NCBI GenBank assembly: GCA_964016885.1
Contig: OZ024742.1
Span: forward strand, 246,822,001-246,886,000
Length of the DNA stretch: 64,000 nt
From: Eledone cirrhosa
Lineage: Eukaryota
Direction of reading: 5' to 3'
The stretch's first letter is position 1. Each line of letters opens with the position of its first letter. A program made the translations under genes and the position numbers. Positions 14,701 to 29,760 of the stretch are shown here, piece after piece. Under the pieces are notes generated by a model. The model was given only the letters and a program-made list of their open reading frames with translations, was not told the DNA's origin and made no database searches.

Positions 14701-17700
14701 CAACATCAACAACATCAACTGCAACAATAATAACAACAATAACAACAGATGCAACATCAACAACATCAACTGCAGCTATAATAACAACAATAACAACAGA
14801 TGCAACATCAACAACATCAACTGCAGCTATAATAACAACAGTAACAACAGATGCAACAACAACAACATAACTGCAGCAATAATAACAACAATAACAACAG
14901 ATGCAACATCAACAACATCATCTGCAGCAATAACAACAGTAACAACAGATGCAACATCAACAACATCAACTGCAGCAATAATAACAGTAACAACAGATGC
15001 AACATCAACAACATCAACTGCAGCAATAATAACAACAATAACAGATGCAACATCAACAACATCAACTGCAGCAATAACAACAGTAACAACAGATGCAACA
15101 TCAACAACATCAACTGCAGCAATAATAACAACAATAACAACAGATGCAACATCAATAACATCAATTCCAGCAATAACAACAGTAACAACAGATGCAACAT
15201 CAACAACGTCAATTGCAACAATTACAACAGTAACAACAGATGCAACATCAACAACATCAATTGCAGCTATAATATCAACAATAACAACAGATGCAACATC
15301 AACAACATCAACTGCAACAATAATAACAGCAGTAACAACAGATGCAACATCAACGTCATCAACTGCAGCAATAATAACAACAGTAACAACAGATGTAACA
15401 TCAACAACACCAAATGCAGCAATAATAACAACAATAACAACAATAACAACAGATGCAACATCAACAACATCAACTGCAACAACAATAACAACAGTAACAA
15501 CAGATGCAACATCAACAACATCAACTGCAGCAATAATAACAACAGTAACAACAGATACAACATCAACATCATCAACTGCAGCAATAATAACAACAATAAC
15601 AACAGATGCAACATCAACAACATCAACTGCAGCAATAACAACAGTAACAACAGATGCAACATCAACAACATCAACTGCAGCTATAATAACAACAGTAACA
15701 ACAGATGCAACATCAACAACATCAACTGCAGCAATAATAACAACAATAACAACAGTTGCATCATCAACAACAGCAACTGCAGCTATAATAACAACAGTAA
15801 CAACATATGCAACAACATTAACTGCAACAATAACAACAGCAGTAACAACAGATGCAACATCAACAACATCAACTGCAGCTATAACAACAACAGTAACAAC
15901 AGATGCAACATCAACAACATCAGCTGAAGCTATAATAACAACAGTAACAACAGATGCAACATAAGAACATCATCTGCAGCTATAATAACAACAGTAACAA
16001 CAGATGCAACATCAACAACATCAACTGCAGCTATAATAACAACAGTAACAACATATGCAACATCAACAACATCAACTGCAACAATAATAACAACAATAAC
16101 AACAGATGCAACATCAACAACATCAACTTCAGCTATAATAACAACAATAACAACAGATGCAACATCAACAACATCAACTGCAGCTATTATAACAACAGTA
16201 ACAACAGATGAAACATCAACAACATAACTGCAGCAATAATAACAACAATAACAACAGATGCAACATCAACAACATCAACTGCAGCAATAACAACAGTAAC
16301 AACAGATGCAACATCAACAACATCAACTGCAGCTATAATAACAGTAACAACAGATGCAACAACAACAACATCAACTGCAGCAATAATAACAACAATAACA
16401 ACAGATGCAACATCAACAACATCAATTGCAGCAATAACAACAGTAACAACAGATGCAACATCAACAACATCAACTGCAGCAATAATAACAACAATAACAA
16501 CAGATGCAACATCAATAACATCAATTGCAGCAATAACAACAGTAACAACAGATGCAACATCAACAACATCAACTGCAACAATAACAACAGTAACAACAGA
16601 TGCAACATTAACAACATCAATTGCAGCTATAATATCAACAATAACAACAGATGCAACATCAACAACATCAACTGCAACCATAATAACAGCAGTAACAACA
16701 GATGCAACATCAACGTCATCAACTGCAGCAATAATAACAACAGTAACAACAGATGCAACATCAACAACACCAAATGCAGCAATAATAACAACAATAACAA
16801 CAGATGCAACATCAACAACATCAACTGCAACAATAACAACAACAGTAACAACAGATGCAACAAAAACAACACCAACTGCAACAATAACAACAACAGTAAC
16901 AACAGATGCAACATAACAACATCATCTGCAGCTATAATAACAACAGTAACAACATATGCAACATCAACAACATCAACTGCAACAATAATAACAACAATAA
17001 CAACAGATGCAACATCAACAACATCAACTGCAGCTATAATAACAACAATAACAACAGATGCAACATCAACAACATCAACTGCAGCTATAATAACAACAGT
17101 AACAACAGATGCAACAACAACAACATAACTGCAGCAATAATAACAACAATAACAACAGATGCAACATCAACAACATCATCTGCAGCAATAACAACAGTAA
17201 CAACAGATGCAACATCAACAACATCAACTGCAGCAATAATAACAGTAACAACAGATGCAACATCAACAACATCAACTGCAGCAATAATAACAACAATAAC
17301 AGATGCAACATCAACAACATCAACTGCAGCAATAACAACAGTAACAACAGATGCAACATCAACAACATCAACTGCAGCAATAATAACAACAATAACAACA
17401 GATGCAACATCAATAACATCAATTGCAGCAATAACCACAGTAACAACAGATGCAACATCAACAACGTCAATTGCAACAATTACAACAGTAACAACAGATG
17501 CAACATCAACAACATCAATTGCAGCTATAATATCAACAATAACAACAGATGCAACATCAACAACATCAACTGCAACAATAATAACAGCAGTAACAACAGA
17601 TGCAACATCAACGTCATCAACTGCAGCAATAATAACAACAGTAACAACAGATGTAACATCAACAACACCAAATGCAGCAATAATAACAACAATAACAACA

Positions 17701-19308
17701 ATAACAACAGATGCAACATCAACAACATCAACTGCAACAACAATAACAACAGTAACAACAGATGCAACATCAACAACATCAACTGCAGCAATAATAACAA
17801 CAGTAACAACAGATACAACATCAACATCATCAACTGCAGCAATAATAACAACAATAACAACAGATGCAACATCAACAAGATCAACTGCAGCAATAACAAC
17901 AGTAACAACAGATGCAACATCAACAACATCAACTGCAGCTATAATAATAACCGTAACAACAGATGCAACATCAACAACATCAACTGCAGCAATAATAACA
18001 ACAATAACAACAGTTGCATCATCAACAACAGCAACTGCAGCTATAATAACAACAGTAACAACATATGCAACAACATCAACTGCAACAATAACAACAGCAG
18101 TAACAACAGATGCAACATCAACAACATCAACTGCAGCTATAACAACAACAGTAACAACAGATGCAACATCAACAACATCAGCTGAAGCTATAATAACAAC
18201 AGTAACAACAGATGCAACATCAACAACATCAACTGCAACAATAATAACAACAATAACAACAGTTGCAACATCAACAACATCAACTGCAGCAATAATAACA
18301 ACAAGAGCAACAGATGCAACATCAACAACATCAACTGCAGCAATAATAACAACAAGAGCAACAGATGCAACATCAACAACATCAGCTGCAGCAATAATAA
18401 CAACAATAGCAACAGATGCAACATCAACAACATCAACTGCAACAATAATAACAACAATAACAACAGTTGCAACATCAACAACATCAACTGCGGCAATTAT
18501 AACAACAATAGCAACAGATGCAACATCAACATCATCAACTGCAGCAATAATAACAACAATAGCAACAGATGCAACATCAACAACATCAACTGCAGCAATA
18601 ATAACAACAATAGCAACAGATGCAACATCAACAACATCAACTGCAGCAATGATAACAACAATAGCAACAGATGCAACATCAAGATCATCAACTGCAGCCA
18701 TAATAACAACAGTAACAACAGATGCAACATCAACAACATCAACTGCAGCTATAATAACAACAGTAACAACAGATGCAACATCAACAACATCAACTGTAGC
18801 TATAACGACAACAGTAACAACAGATGCAACATCAACCACATCAACTGCAGCAATAATAACAACAGTAACAACAGATGCAACATCAACCACATCAACTGCA
18901 GCAATAATAACAACAATAACAACAGATGCAACATCAACAACATCAACTGCAGCAACAATAACAACAGTAACAACAGATGCAACATCAACAACATCAACTG
19001 CAGCAACAATAACAACAATAGCAACAGATGCAACATCAACAACATCAACTGCAGCAACAATAACAACAGTAACACCAGATGCAACATCAACAACATCAAC
19101 TGCAGCAACAATAACAACAGTAACAACAGATGCAACATCAACAACATCAACTGCAGCTATAATAACAACGGCAACAGCCACAACAGCAGCAACAAAAAGT
19201 ACTTCAAAAAGCAACAACAAACAACAAAACAACAACAACAGATATATCAAGAATAAGGACAGCAACAGCAGCAAGTGCATCCACAACAGTGGCAACAGCA
19301 ACAACAGC

Positions 19309-19339
<31 letters not shown>

Positions 19340-19361
19340 CCAACAACAACAACAACAACAA
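11765..19361 (+). repeat. AAC/CAG-derived minisatellite (core unit ~48-54 bp) with a ~2.3-kb higher-order tandem duplication
   Basis: Unit ACAACAGATGCAACATCAACAACATCAACTGCAGCAATAATAACAACAGTA, regular from ~12350 to ~19165 and flanked by looser AAC/CAG repeats. Matching ORFs recur at 13646/15954 and 14851/17109. Confidence 0.95.
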
Positions 19362-19439
19362 TTGCTGCACTGTTGGTCTTCGGGCAAACATTGATGGAAT
19401 TAGAGAGCAGAAAATGTTTTCAAAGGGCCGTATTGGCGG

Positions 19440-20480
19440 CGCTGATTTATGTGTGGTGTTAGTGGTGGTGATGGTGGCGTTGGCGGTGGTGATTTATGTG
19501 TGGTGTTAGTGGTGAGGGTGGTGTTGGCAGTGGTGCTGGTGGTGGTGTTGGCGGCTGTGATGGTGTTGGTGTTGGTGGTGATGATGGTGGTGTTGGCGGT
19601 GGTGATTTATGTGTGGTGTTGGCGGCGGTGATGGTGTTGGTGTTGGTGGCGGTGATGGTGTTGGTGTTGGTGGTGATGATGGTGGTGTTGGCGGTGGTGA
19701 TTTATGTGTGGTGTTGGCGGCGGTGATGGTGTTGGTGTTGGTGGTGATGATGGTGGTGTTGGCGGTGGTGATTTATGTGTGGTGTTGGCGGCGGTGATGG
19801 TGTTGGTGTTGGTGGCGGTGATGGTGTTCGTGTTGGTGGTGATGATGGTGGTTTTGGCGGTGGTGATTTATGTGTGGTGTTGGCGGCGGTGATGGTGTTG
19901 GTGTTGGTGGCGGTGATGGTGTTCGTGTTGGTGGTGATGATGGTGGTGTTGGCGGTGGTGATTTATGTGTGGTGTTAGCGGTGAGGCTGGTGTTGGCAGT
20001 GGTGCTGGTGGTCGTGTTGGCCGTGAGGGTGGTGGTGTTGGCGGCGGTGATGGTGGTGGTGTTGGCGATGTTGGCGGCGACAATGGTTGTGTTGGTGGTG
20101 ATTTGTGTGTGGTGCTGGCGGTGGGAGGTGGCAGTTTTGGCGGCGTCGACGGTGGTGGGGCTGGCGGTAATGGTGGTAGTTTTGGCGGCGTCGACGGTGG
20201 TGGGGCTGGCGGTAATGGTGTTGGTGGTGATTTTAGAGGTGCTGGTTTTGTTGGAGGCGATGGGGGTGGTAATGATGGCAGCGGCGATGCTGCTGCTGTT
20301 GTTGGCGGTAGCGGCGTCGGTGGGGGGGGGGTTATTGGTGGCAATGGCGGCGGCGGCAGCAGTGATGGTGGTTGTGGTGACGGTGATGGTAATGCTAACA
20401 GCGGCGGTGTTACCGATAGCAGTGGAGTTGGTAGTGGTCGATGTGGCAGAGCTGATGGTGATGATGGCGCCGTTGGGGCA
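19440..20480 (+). repeat. GGT-rich low-complexity tandem repeat (77/95-bp units containing GGTGATTTATGTGTGGTGTT)
   Basis: The motif recurs at ~19443, 19490, 19603, 19698, 19769, 19864 and 19959. Confidence 0.85.
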
Positions 20481-20630
20481 AAAAAAAGCCTGTTGAGTGT
20501 GGAGTGTTTAACGTGAAATCGTGGTTGACTATTTCAACAGTAATAACATTTACTTAACAATATAAAACTATGGTTAGAAGCTATATCAGCTACTTTATGT
20601 TATTACCTCCAGCAATGTGTAGGCAGACAG

Positions 20631-20696
<66 letters not shown>

Positions 20697-20741
20697 TATA
20701 CGCACTTACACACATAACCATGCATATCTGTCTAAATATGT

Positions 20742-21055
<314 letters not shown>

Positions 21056-21064
21056 CTACATACT

Positions 21065-21106
<42 letters not shown>

Positions 21107-21581
21107 AGTATGTAGGTAGTGTATGTTCTGAGTCACAATGTTTCTAGAGATGTGAAAATTAGTGTGCGCACGTTTTATGTATTTGTGGGGGGGGGTGTGT
21201 GTATGGTTGTGTGATGTGTGTGTATGTGCGCGTGCCATAGTTCATGTGTGGTTGTGTGTGTATATGCATTCACAGAAATCAAATGAAGAAACTTTCGAAT
21301 GTTTTGGAAATCTTCACTATTCCACTAATCAAGTAGATTTAGAATGGCTGATACAGTTAGTTGTGTTCTTTTTTTAAAAAACCTCTAGCACTACAAAGCT
21401 TTTGTGCAACTAATTCTCTACCGAATTAATTCTGCCGTTCTATTGTATAAGTCTGTGGGCGATTAGAACCTCAAATAATAGTATCCCGAGCAACTAACAG
21501 TGACTTATAACCACAGACTTCTCATGATTTTATTTAAACATGAAATTACACAACACATTGAAACCATAGAGTAATAATAAT

Positions 21582-21684
21582 TGTTTCTACGTTAGGCACA
21601 AGGCCAGCAATTCACCAGTGTATTACTGGTACTTTATTTTATCGACCCCGTAAGGATGAAAGGCAAAGTTAACCTCGGCGGGAG
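21582..21684 (-). mobile_element. Truncated Nin/Deu-domain tRNA-SINE (3' half)
   Basis: ttttatcgaccccgtaaggatgaaaggcaaagttaacctcggcggga is shared with the SINEs at 29.3-31.1 kb. Confidence 0.8.
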
Positions 21685-21704
21685 TAAATATAATGGTATG
21701 GTAA

Positions 21705-22255
21705 TTGCTACACTAGCTTTGTGCCTCTATGTTAATGGCTACTAACGTGAACCTATAGTGGTATAGTAAACGTTACACTAGCTACGTACACCTATGATAA
21801 TAACTACCAATGTGAACCTATGGCTCTATCGTAGACATTACACTAGCTATGTATACCTTTGATAAGAACTACCAATGTGAAGAATCTATAGTGGGATGGT
21901 GGACACCACACTATATATACCTATGAATGTATACAATGTGAACCTATAGCGCTATGGTAGACTCTACACAAGCTATGTATACCTATGATAATAGCTACCA
22001 ATGTGAAACTATAGCTCTATGGTAGACATTACACTAGCTATGTATACCTATGATAAGAACTACCAATGTGAATCTATAGCGGTATGGTAGACACTACACT
22101 AGCCCCGTGTACCTATGCTAATAGGTACAAATGTGAACCTATAGTGGTATGGTAGTCGCTATAGCTATGTACACCTATGTTAATAGCTACCAATGTAAAA
22201 CTATAGATCCATGGTAGACATTATACTAGCTTTGTACATCTATGATAATAACTAC
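21705..22255 (+). repeat. ~60-bp minisatellite, about 9 diverged copies
   Basis: Approximate unit ACACTAGCTATGTATACCTATGATAAGAACTACCAATGTGAACCTATAGCGGTATGGTAGAC. Confidence 0.9.
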
Positions 22256-22497
22256 AAGACGAGATTCTTCAGCCAAGATACAAGAGCTGCAAGTTCCATA
22301 TTAACTCATCATAGATGTTCACTTTTTCCTCGATGTGAGACGAGACATTCCTATCCACTGGACAGCTGACCTCTACCACAATGTATAACATTTCTCGCTG
22401 TCCCTAGATCTATAAAGTTGCCGTTGTTTCTATACCAGATTGCTGTATGTATGTATGTATGTTATCTCTTTCTCTTAATTTCGAGTATATTTTTTTT

Positions 22498-23030
22498 GAC
22501 CGGCTACCTTCCTGGTGGCAAGGTTGTAAAAGAAAAGAAATTGTCATCCCTTAGTCAGAGTCATGAAGTAAGACCAGTGCTTGACTACCAGGCTGCTGTT
22601 GGAGATGCTACTCATCATGCTTGCCAAGCATGTGGTAGAGAATGTAAATCAGCAGGAGGTCTCAAGCGACATGCAAAAGTACATGAACTCCAACCACAAC
22701 CGGCTATTCCCAATGAATGTTTTGGTTGCTGACTCTGTGCAAGACATTTTAGATCATTGGCTGGGCTAAAAAGCCACATTCGATCGCAGCGCTGTTAGTT
22801 GCTATCGTGTGTGTGTGTGTGTGTATAGATATGTTTATGTGAGTGCGTGTGTATATATATATGTATATGTATATTATTATTGTTGTTGTCGTTATTATTA
22901 TTGTTGTTATTATTATTATTGTTATTAATATATATGTATATATATATGTATATATATATATTTTTTTTCTCGTGCAATGGCCATACTCGATAACGAGGGG
23001 GAAGCCATCATGTTTGTATGTATGTTTGTA
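22498..23030 (+). mobile_element. 3' fragment of an RTE LINE with two C2H2 fingers, interrupted by microsatellite
   Basis: CQACGRECKSAGGLKRHAKVH followed by C*LCARHFRSLAGLKSHIRS. The 3' end gaagccatcatg(tatg)n resembles the end of the 1634-7900 LINE. Confidence 0.7.
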
Positions 23031-23039
23031 TGTATAAGT

Positions 23040-23380
23040 GAAGGCGCATGGCTTAGTGGGTAGAGCATTGGGCTTGCAATTGAGAAGTTGTGAGTTCGAT
23101 TCTCGGACCGGGTGATGCGTTGTGTCCTTGAGTAAGACACTTTATTTCACGCTGCTCCAGTTTACTCAGCTGTAGAAATGAGTTGCGATGTCACTAGTGC
23201 CAAGCTGTATCGGCCATTGCCTTTACCTTGAACAACATCGGTGGCGTGGAGAGGGGAGGCTGGTATGCATGGGCGACTATTGGTCTTCAACAAAAAAAAC
23301 CTTGCCCAGGCTTGTACCTCGGAGGGGAACTTTCTAGGGGCAAAACCATGGTCTTTCCTGACCGAATAGGGCCAAAGATG
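23040..23380 (+). mobile_element. tRNA-derived SINE with a CORE/Meta-like central domain
   Basis: A box TGGCTTAGTGGG and B box GAGTTCGATTC, followed by GTTGTGTCCTTGAGTAAGACACTT. Confidence 0.8.
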
Positions 23381-23389
23381 TAAGTATAA

Positions 23390-24810
23390 GGATATGAAGG
23401 AACGTATTACTTTTGGTGGTATTCTTTCAGAACCGTTCGCAGTGGAAAACAGAATAAGGCAGAACAACCTTGAAACACCAATACTCTTCGCCATCTATTT
23501 TACGGCGATACTGTCAAATGCCTTTTTTAACATCAACGGACGGAGTCTTTATCTGATATCGTTCTTCCGGCAAGGTGTTCAATTTGACTTGAATGAGATT
23601 CAACTGTAACTTCTTCACCTCTTTGATTCGTGGCAGTCTATGTACAGATAACTGCCGCCTAATAAGCCACACCGAGGAGGGCTTGCAAAGTCTGATCAGT
23701 GATTCGACGCTGCTTCTGATGTGTTTGCACTTATAATTAACTTGAAAAAGACTGTTGCAATGCATCAACCTGCTCTTGCGGAGCAGACACGTGTACCTCG
23801 AATCCTCGCTAAGGGCACAATGCTAAGGACGGTGACCTCCTGACAAATTGGATACTGAAATCACATTTCCTATACAAAAGGCAGCAAAAGCCTTTAATGG
23901 ACTAGAAATTAAAGTCTGGTCACAACGTCACATTAAATTTTTGTATACTTCCCATTTTTATTCTCCGGATTATTGTATTTATCTGAGACATGGTCATTGT
24001 ACACCAGGCATGTTAAAATGTTGGAGCAGTTTCACAAAAAATGCCTCTGGCATATACTCAAAATAAGCTGGTGCAAATTCGTTCCAGACACAGATTCTTG
24101 CTAGGGAAAAGTTTCATCTACTCAAGATATGCTTATCAGTTAAGATGCACAGATCACATGATTCGTATGAGTGGCAGACGCATTCCCAAGAAAATGTTTT
24201 ATGGCGAACTCAAGCTGGGCAAAAGGTTAAATAGTAAGCCAATGAGGAGATACAGAGACTCTCAGAAAGTGAACTTAAAATGCTTTAACATATCTTACAA
24301 AACTCTTGAATCATGTGCAGTAGATAGAGCGGCCTGGAGAAATGCCAATTGGGATGGAGTCAAAACATTTGAAATGCAGAGGATAAAACATGTGAACTGA
24401 AAAGAAGAGTGGTGCGCAAGAATGCGACCAACAGTAATAATGATGAATCTTATTCAGTATTGCTTTTCAAATTCCCTGTGTGCCTTAATATGTACCTTTC
24501 GAATGCTGACTTGAAGTCACACTGATGAGCACATGATGGTAAAGTCCAAGTTAACTATTCAAACATTGTTACAAAGAATCAGTTCCAGTGCCAATTTTGC
24601 CAGAAAATTTGCAACGTCTGTACATACACAATAAGCAAACCCAAAGTGGAAACAAGAAAGAAATAAGACATTATTGTATTATTTGTGGACGGGTGTTTCA
24701 CAGGCATTCGGGACTCAAAAGCCATTTGAGATCTCATACCAGGAAGGAACAGACATAAAGTACAAGAAGTGGTCAAGCTTTGTATGGAGCAGACGACCTT
24801 CATGTATGTA
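23390..24810 (+). mobile_element. 5'-truncated, decayed RTE LINE (RT C-terminal half + three C2H2 fingers), ending in (TATG)n
   Basis: SEPFAVENRIRQ..PILFAIYF; RIPKKMFYGELKLGKR..DRAAWR. Fingers: PVC..LKSH, CQFCQKIC, CIICGRVFHRHSGLKSHLRSH. Confidence 0.8.
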
Positions 24811-25039
24811 CTTACGTACGAACGTACGTACGTACGTACGTATGTATGTATGTATGTATGTATGTATGTATGTATGTATGTATGTATGTATGTATGTATG
24901 TATGTATGTATGTATGTATGTATATGTGCCTGAATCTATCTACGTAGTTACTTGTGTATGTATGCATGCACGTACGGGGATATTTGTGTATGTTCACACA
25001 GCACTATACAATACAACAGACTATACAAGACTTCACGCA

Positions 25040-26630
25040 ACCGTATTATACTACACACCACACTACTACATACCGCATCAGTACACAACACACCACACCA
25101 CACTACAAACCATCACAATATACAAAATACCACACCATAATACACCATACCTTACCACAGCATACTACACCGCACCCCATCACACACCACTACACAACAC
25201 CACAGTACAATAACACATCACATTACACCACACCACTTAACACAATACACATCTCTACACCACACAACACCATACAACACCACACCACACGACATGACCC
25301 CACACTACACCACGGCACACCACATCACACCACGGCAGACCACATCACACCACACCACACCGCAACACGGCACACCACACCCACCACACCCACCACACCG
25401 CACCACACCACACCTCTCTACACCACACAATACCACACAACACCACACAAAACACCATACTCCACCACACCACACTACACCACGGCACACCACATCACAC
25501 CACACCACACCACATCACACCACACCACACCATACCACACCACACCATACCACACTACACCATACCACACCACATCACACCACACTACGTCACACAATAC
25601 CACTCACAACGCCACACCACATTACACCCCACGATACCACACCACACCACACCACACCACACAACGCCACACCACATTACACCCCACTATACAACACCAC
25701 ACCACACCACACCACACCACACCACACCACACTACGTCACACAATACCACTCACAACGCCACACCACATTACACCCCACGATACCACACCACACCACACC
25801 ACACCACACAACGCCACACCACATTACACCCCACTATACAACACCACACCACACCACACCACACCACACCACACTACGTCACACAATACCACTCACAACG
25901 CCACACCACATTACACCCCACGATACCACACCACACCACACCACACCACACAACGCCACACCACATTACACCCCACTATACAACACCACACCACACCACA
26001 CCACACCACACCACACCACACTACGTCACACAATACCACTCACAACGCCACACCACATTACACCCCACGATACCACACCACACCACACCACACCACACAA
26101 CGCCACACCACATTACACCCCACTATACAACACCACACCACACCACACCACACCACACCACACTACGTCACACAATACCACTCACAACGCCACACCACAT
26201 TACACCCCACCATACCACACCACATTACACCCCACCACACCACACCACACCACACCACACCACACCACACCACATCACACCACACTACGTCACACAATAC
26301 CACTCACAACGCCACACCACATTACACCCCACGATACCACACCACACCACACCACACAACGCCACACCACATTACACCCCACTATACAACACCACACCAC
26401 ACCACACCACACCACACCACACCACACCACACTACGTCACATAATACCACTCACAACGCCACACCACATTACACCCCACCATACCACACCACATTACACC
26501 CCACCATACCACACCACACCACACCACACCACACCACACCACGGCACACCACATCACACCACACTACGTCACACAATACCACTCACAACGCCACACCACA
26601 TTACACCACACTATACAACACCATACTACA
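25040..26630 (+). repeat. (CACCA)n-derived satellite with a ~135-145-bp higher-order unit
   Basis: ACTACGTCACACAATACCACTCACAACGCCACACCACATTACACCCC recurs about 8 times between 25585 and 26600. Confidence 0.9.
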
Positions 26631-26809
26631 ATATCTTAAAGCTGTCAGATCACAGTATTTCATCAAAATCTATGATTCCATAAACATGTTTATAACAACA
26701 ACAGCAACAATAACAACAATAACAACTGCAACAACAAATCAACCAACACACAATATTGTAATAACAATGACAATAAAACCGGCGACAACAGCAACAACAA
26801 CATTAATAA

Positions 26810-27092
26810 TGACATATCTGTATATATATATATATATATATATTTATACATACATATTTATACACATATATACATGCATGCAGATACCCGTGCATATATA
26901 TATATACATACGCACACTCAGACACACAGAAACACATATATATTTATAGACACATACATGCATATATATCTATATATCTATGTGTGCGTGCGTGTGTGTG
27001 TGTGTTGGTGTGTGCATGTATATATATATACACACACACATATGTATACATACATATATACATATATAAATATATATATATACATATATATA

Positions 27093-27147
<55 letters not shown>

Positions 27148-27324
27148 TTATTCTTATATACATGTATAGATACGTATATATATAAATAAATATATATGCA
27201 GTGCTTAAGAATTTCTTTGTCATACCAGAAAATAGAAAAATACAGAAGGTAAAAAAAAAACATGTCGACACTCACACAACGTATACCCACGTATAGATGT
27301 ACGAATGGATACATACATACATAC

Positions 27325-27355
<31 letters not shown>

Positions 27356-27669
27356 CATACACACACATGTATGTATGTATGTATGTATGTATGTATGTAT
27401 GTATGTATGTATGTGTGTATGTATGTATGTATGTATGTATGTATGTATGTATGTATGTATGTATGTGTGTATGTATGTATGTATATATATATATATATAT
27501 ATATCTATATATATATATTCGGACACATATACATACATATATAGAAAATCTTGTCTTGTCTTTGAAGTGTAAAAAGGAAAAATCTACATTAAGAAATGAG
27601 AAAACATAATCAAGATAAAAAGAGAAATATATATATATATATATATATATATAACAAAGAAATATTAGA

Positions 27670-27706
<37 letters not shown>

Positions 27707-27775
27707 CTATATGAGTGTGTGTGTGTGTGTGTACATACATATATATATAATACATATATGCATATACATATATAC

Positions 27776-27806
<31 letters not shown>

Positions 27807-28268
27807 CACACACACACACACATACACACATACATACACATACACACACATGTGAGGAAGATGAGAATGAAAAGAACAAAGAAATAGAACTTCAATAACA
27901 TATATGTATATAGAAAAAAGGACGATATCTAGAAAACAACGTCAAACAAGATATATATAAACACACATACACATACATACACACATACACACACAGAGTG
28001 AGAAAGACACTAACATATTTACATCCCTGCATATGTCATTATATTTATGCATGGGCTTTACATTAAACTCTGAGTAGGAAGAGAATTGGAGAGAGAGAAA
28101 GAGAGAGTATATATTTGTGTTACATACCACAATCATAAAGTATACTACTACTTCTGTATTGAGTACTATCTTTTGTTGGTAAATTCAAGTGTATACATCC
28201 GCCCCAAACCTTACCATGTATATGTATATCTGTATGAATACATATACATATATATATGCATATATATA

Positions 28269-28342
<74 letters not shown>

Positions 28343-28343
28343 T

Positions 28344-28408
<65 letters not shown>

Positions 28409-28450
28409 TATATATATATATATAAATATATATATATATATGTATGTATG

Positions 28451-28524
<74 letters not shown>

Positions 28525-28673
28525 TATATATATGTATGTATATATATATATATATATATGTATGTAATATATACATACATATATATATATATATATACAT
28601 ATATATATGCATATATATATATATGTATTCATACATATATACATATCCTTATATACATACACACACACAGACA

Positions 28674-28738
<65 letters not shown>

Positions 28739-28797
28739 GCATATATATATATATATGTATTCATACATATATACATATCCATATATACACACACACA

Positions 28798-28840
<43 letters not shown>
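26810..28840. repeat. Compound (TA)n/(TATG)n/(CA)n microsatellite field
   Basis: Seen directly. The YI/IH-rich ORFs here are artefacts. Confidence 0.9.
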
Positions 28841-28842
<2 letters not shown>

Positions 28843-29340
28843 AAACAAACAAAAGTAGATCGACATAAAAAGCATTTCGCTATAGTTGTTTTGTAAAGAG
28901 CTCAATGGATATAAGATATGAAAAAGAAAAAAAAATGCCCATACCAGAGCAAGGATATTAGAGAAACAATATTAATTATATATTGTAACACATATGCCAA
29001 GGTACAAAAGTAATCAGAATCTAAAAATATTTCTTACATTACTTGTTAAACCTAAGTTATACCTATACAGCTGTTTCGAATCTTAGAGAAAAAATTCACA
29101 AATTACTATGGTTAAAACAAACAAGTTAGAATTAGTGAACTCAAAGACTTAGTTTTCCACAGTAAGCAATGTCTTTTTTCTAGGACAACAAAATATAATC
29201 TGTCCATTAGGAAACACACACAAACACACACACACACATACACACGCACACAATCACACACACACACACGCACACACACTAACACACTCGCACACTAACA
29301 TACACATACACTCACACACATATATATACCAACTATAATA

Positions 29341-29560
29341 ATGATTTCTAGTATAGGCACAAGGCCAGTAATTTGGGGGAGGGGAAAGTCGATTAAATCG
29401 ACCCCAGTACGTTACTGGTGCTTTATTTTATCGACCCCGTAAGGATGAAAGGCAAAGTTTACCTCGGCGGGATTCGAACTCAGACTGTAGAAGACCGTAA
29501 CTCTATGCAGTAAAGCATGGTGTCCGACTCTCTACCGATACTGCCAATCCACCGCCCTTA
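29341..29560 (-). mobile_element. Nin/Deu-domain tRNA-SINE (long variant)
   Basis: Minus strand: GGCGGTGGATTGGCAGTATCGG (A box) ... GAGTTCGAATCCC (B box) ... GCCTTTCATCCTTACGGGGTCGATAAAATAAAGCACCAG. Flanked by the direct repeat CAACTATAATAAT. Confidence 0.85.
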
Positions 29561-29576
29561 TATCAACTATAATAAT

Positions 29577-29760
29577 TGTTTCTACTTTTGGCACTAGGCC
29601 AGCAATCACCCAGTGCATTACAGGTACTTTATTTTATCGACCCCGTAAGGATGAAAGGCAAAGTTAACCTTGGCGGGATTTAAACTCAGAATGGCAAGGC
29701 CCGTAACTCTATGCGTCAATGCATGGCGTCCGACCCTCTACCGATACTGCCAACCCACAA
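29577..29760 (-). mobile_element. Nin/Deu-domain tRNA-SINE (short variant)
   Basis: Same family as 29341-29560 but lacks the ggggaaagtcgattaaatcgac segment. Confidence 0.85.

Noticed and set aside
19868-20516. Gly-rich (+) and Pro-rich extensin-like (-) ORFs
   Set aside because: This is a low-complexity GGT repeat with frame-shifting 77/95-bp units.
21705-22255. CRISPR-like regular array
   Set aside because: Whole units repeat with no unique spacers, there are no cas genes, and the context is eukaryotic. This is a minisatellite.
23040-23115. tRNA gene
   Set aside because: A and B boxes are present, but there is no complete cloverleaf and the sequence continues into a SINE body.
24954-26949. 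496-aa and 551-aa His/Thr/Pro-rich ORFs
   Set aside because: They are translations of a pentamer (CACCA)n satellite that is open in several frames, with no gene context.
26810-28905. Long YIYI/IHTY/VCVC ORFs here and throughout the window
   Set aside because: They are stop-free translations of (TA)n, (CA)n and (TATG)n microsatellites.
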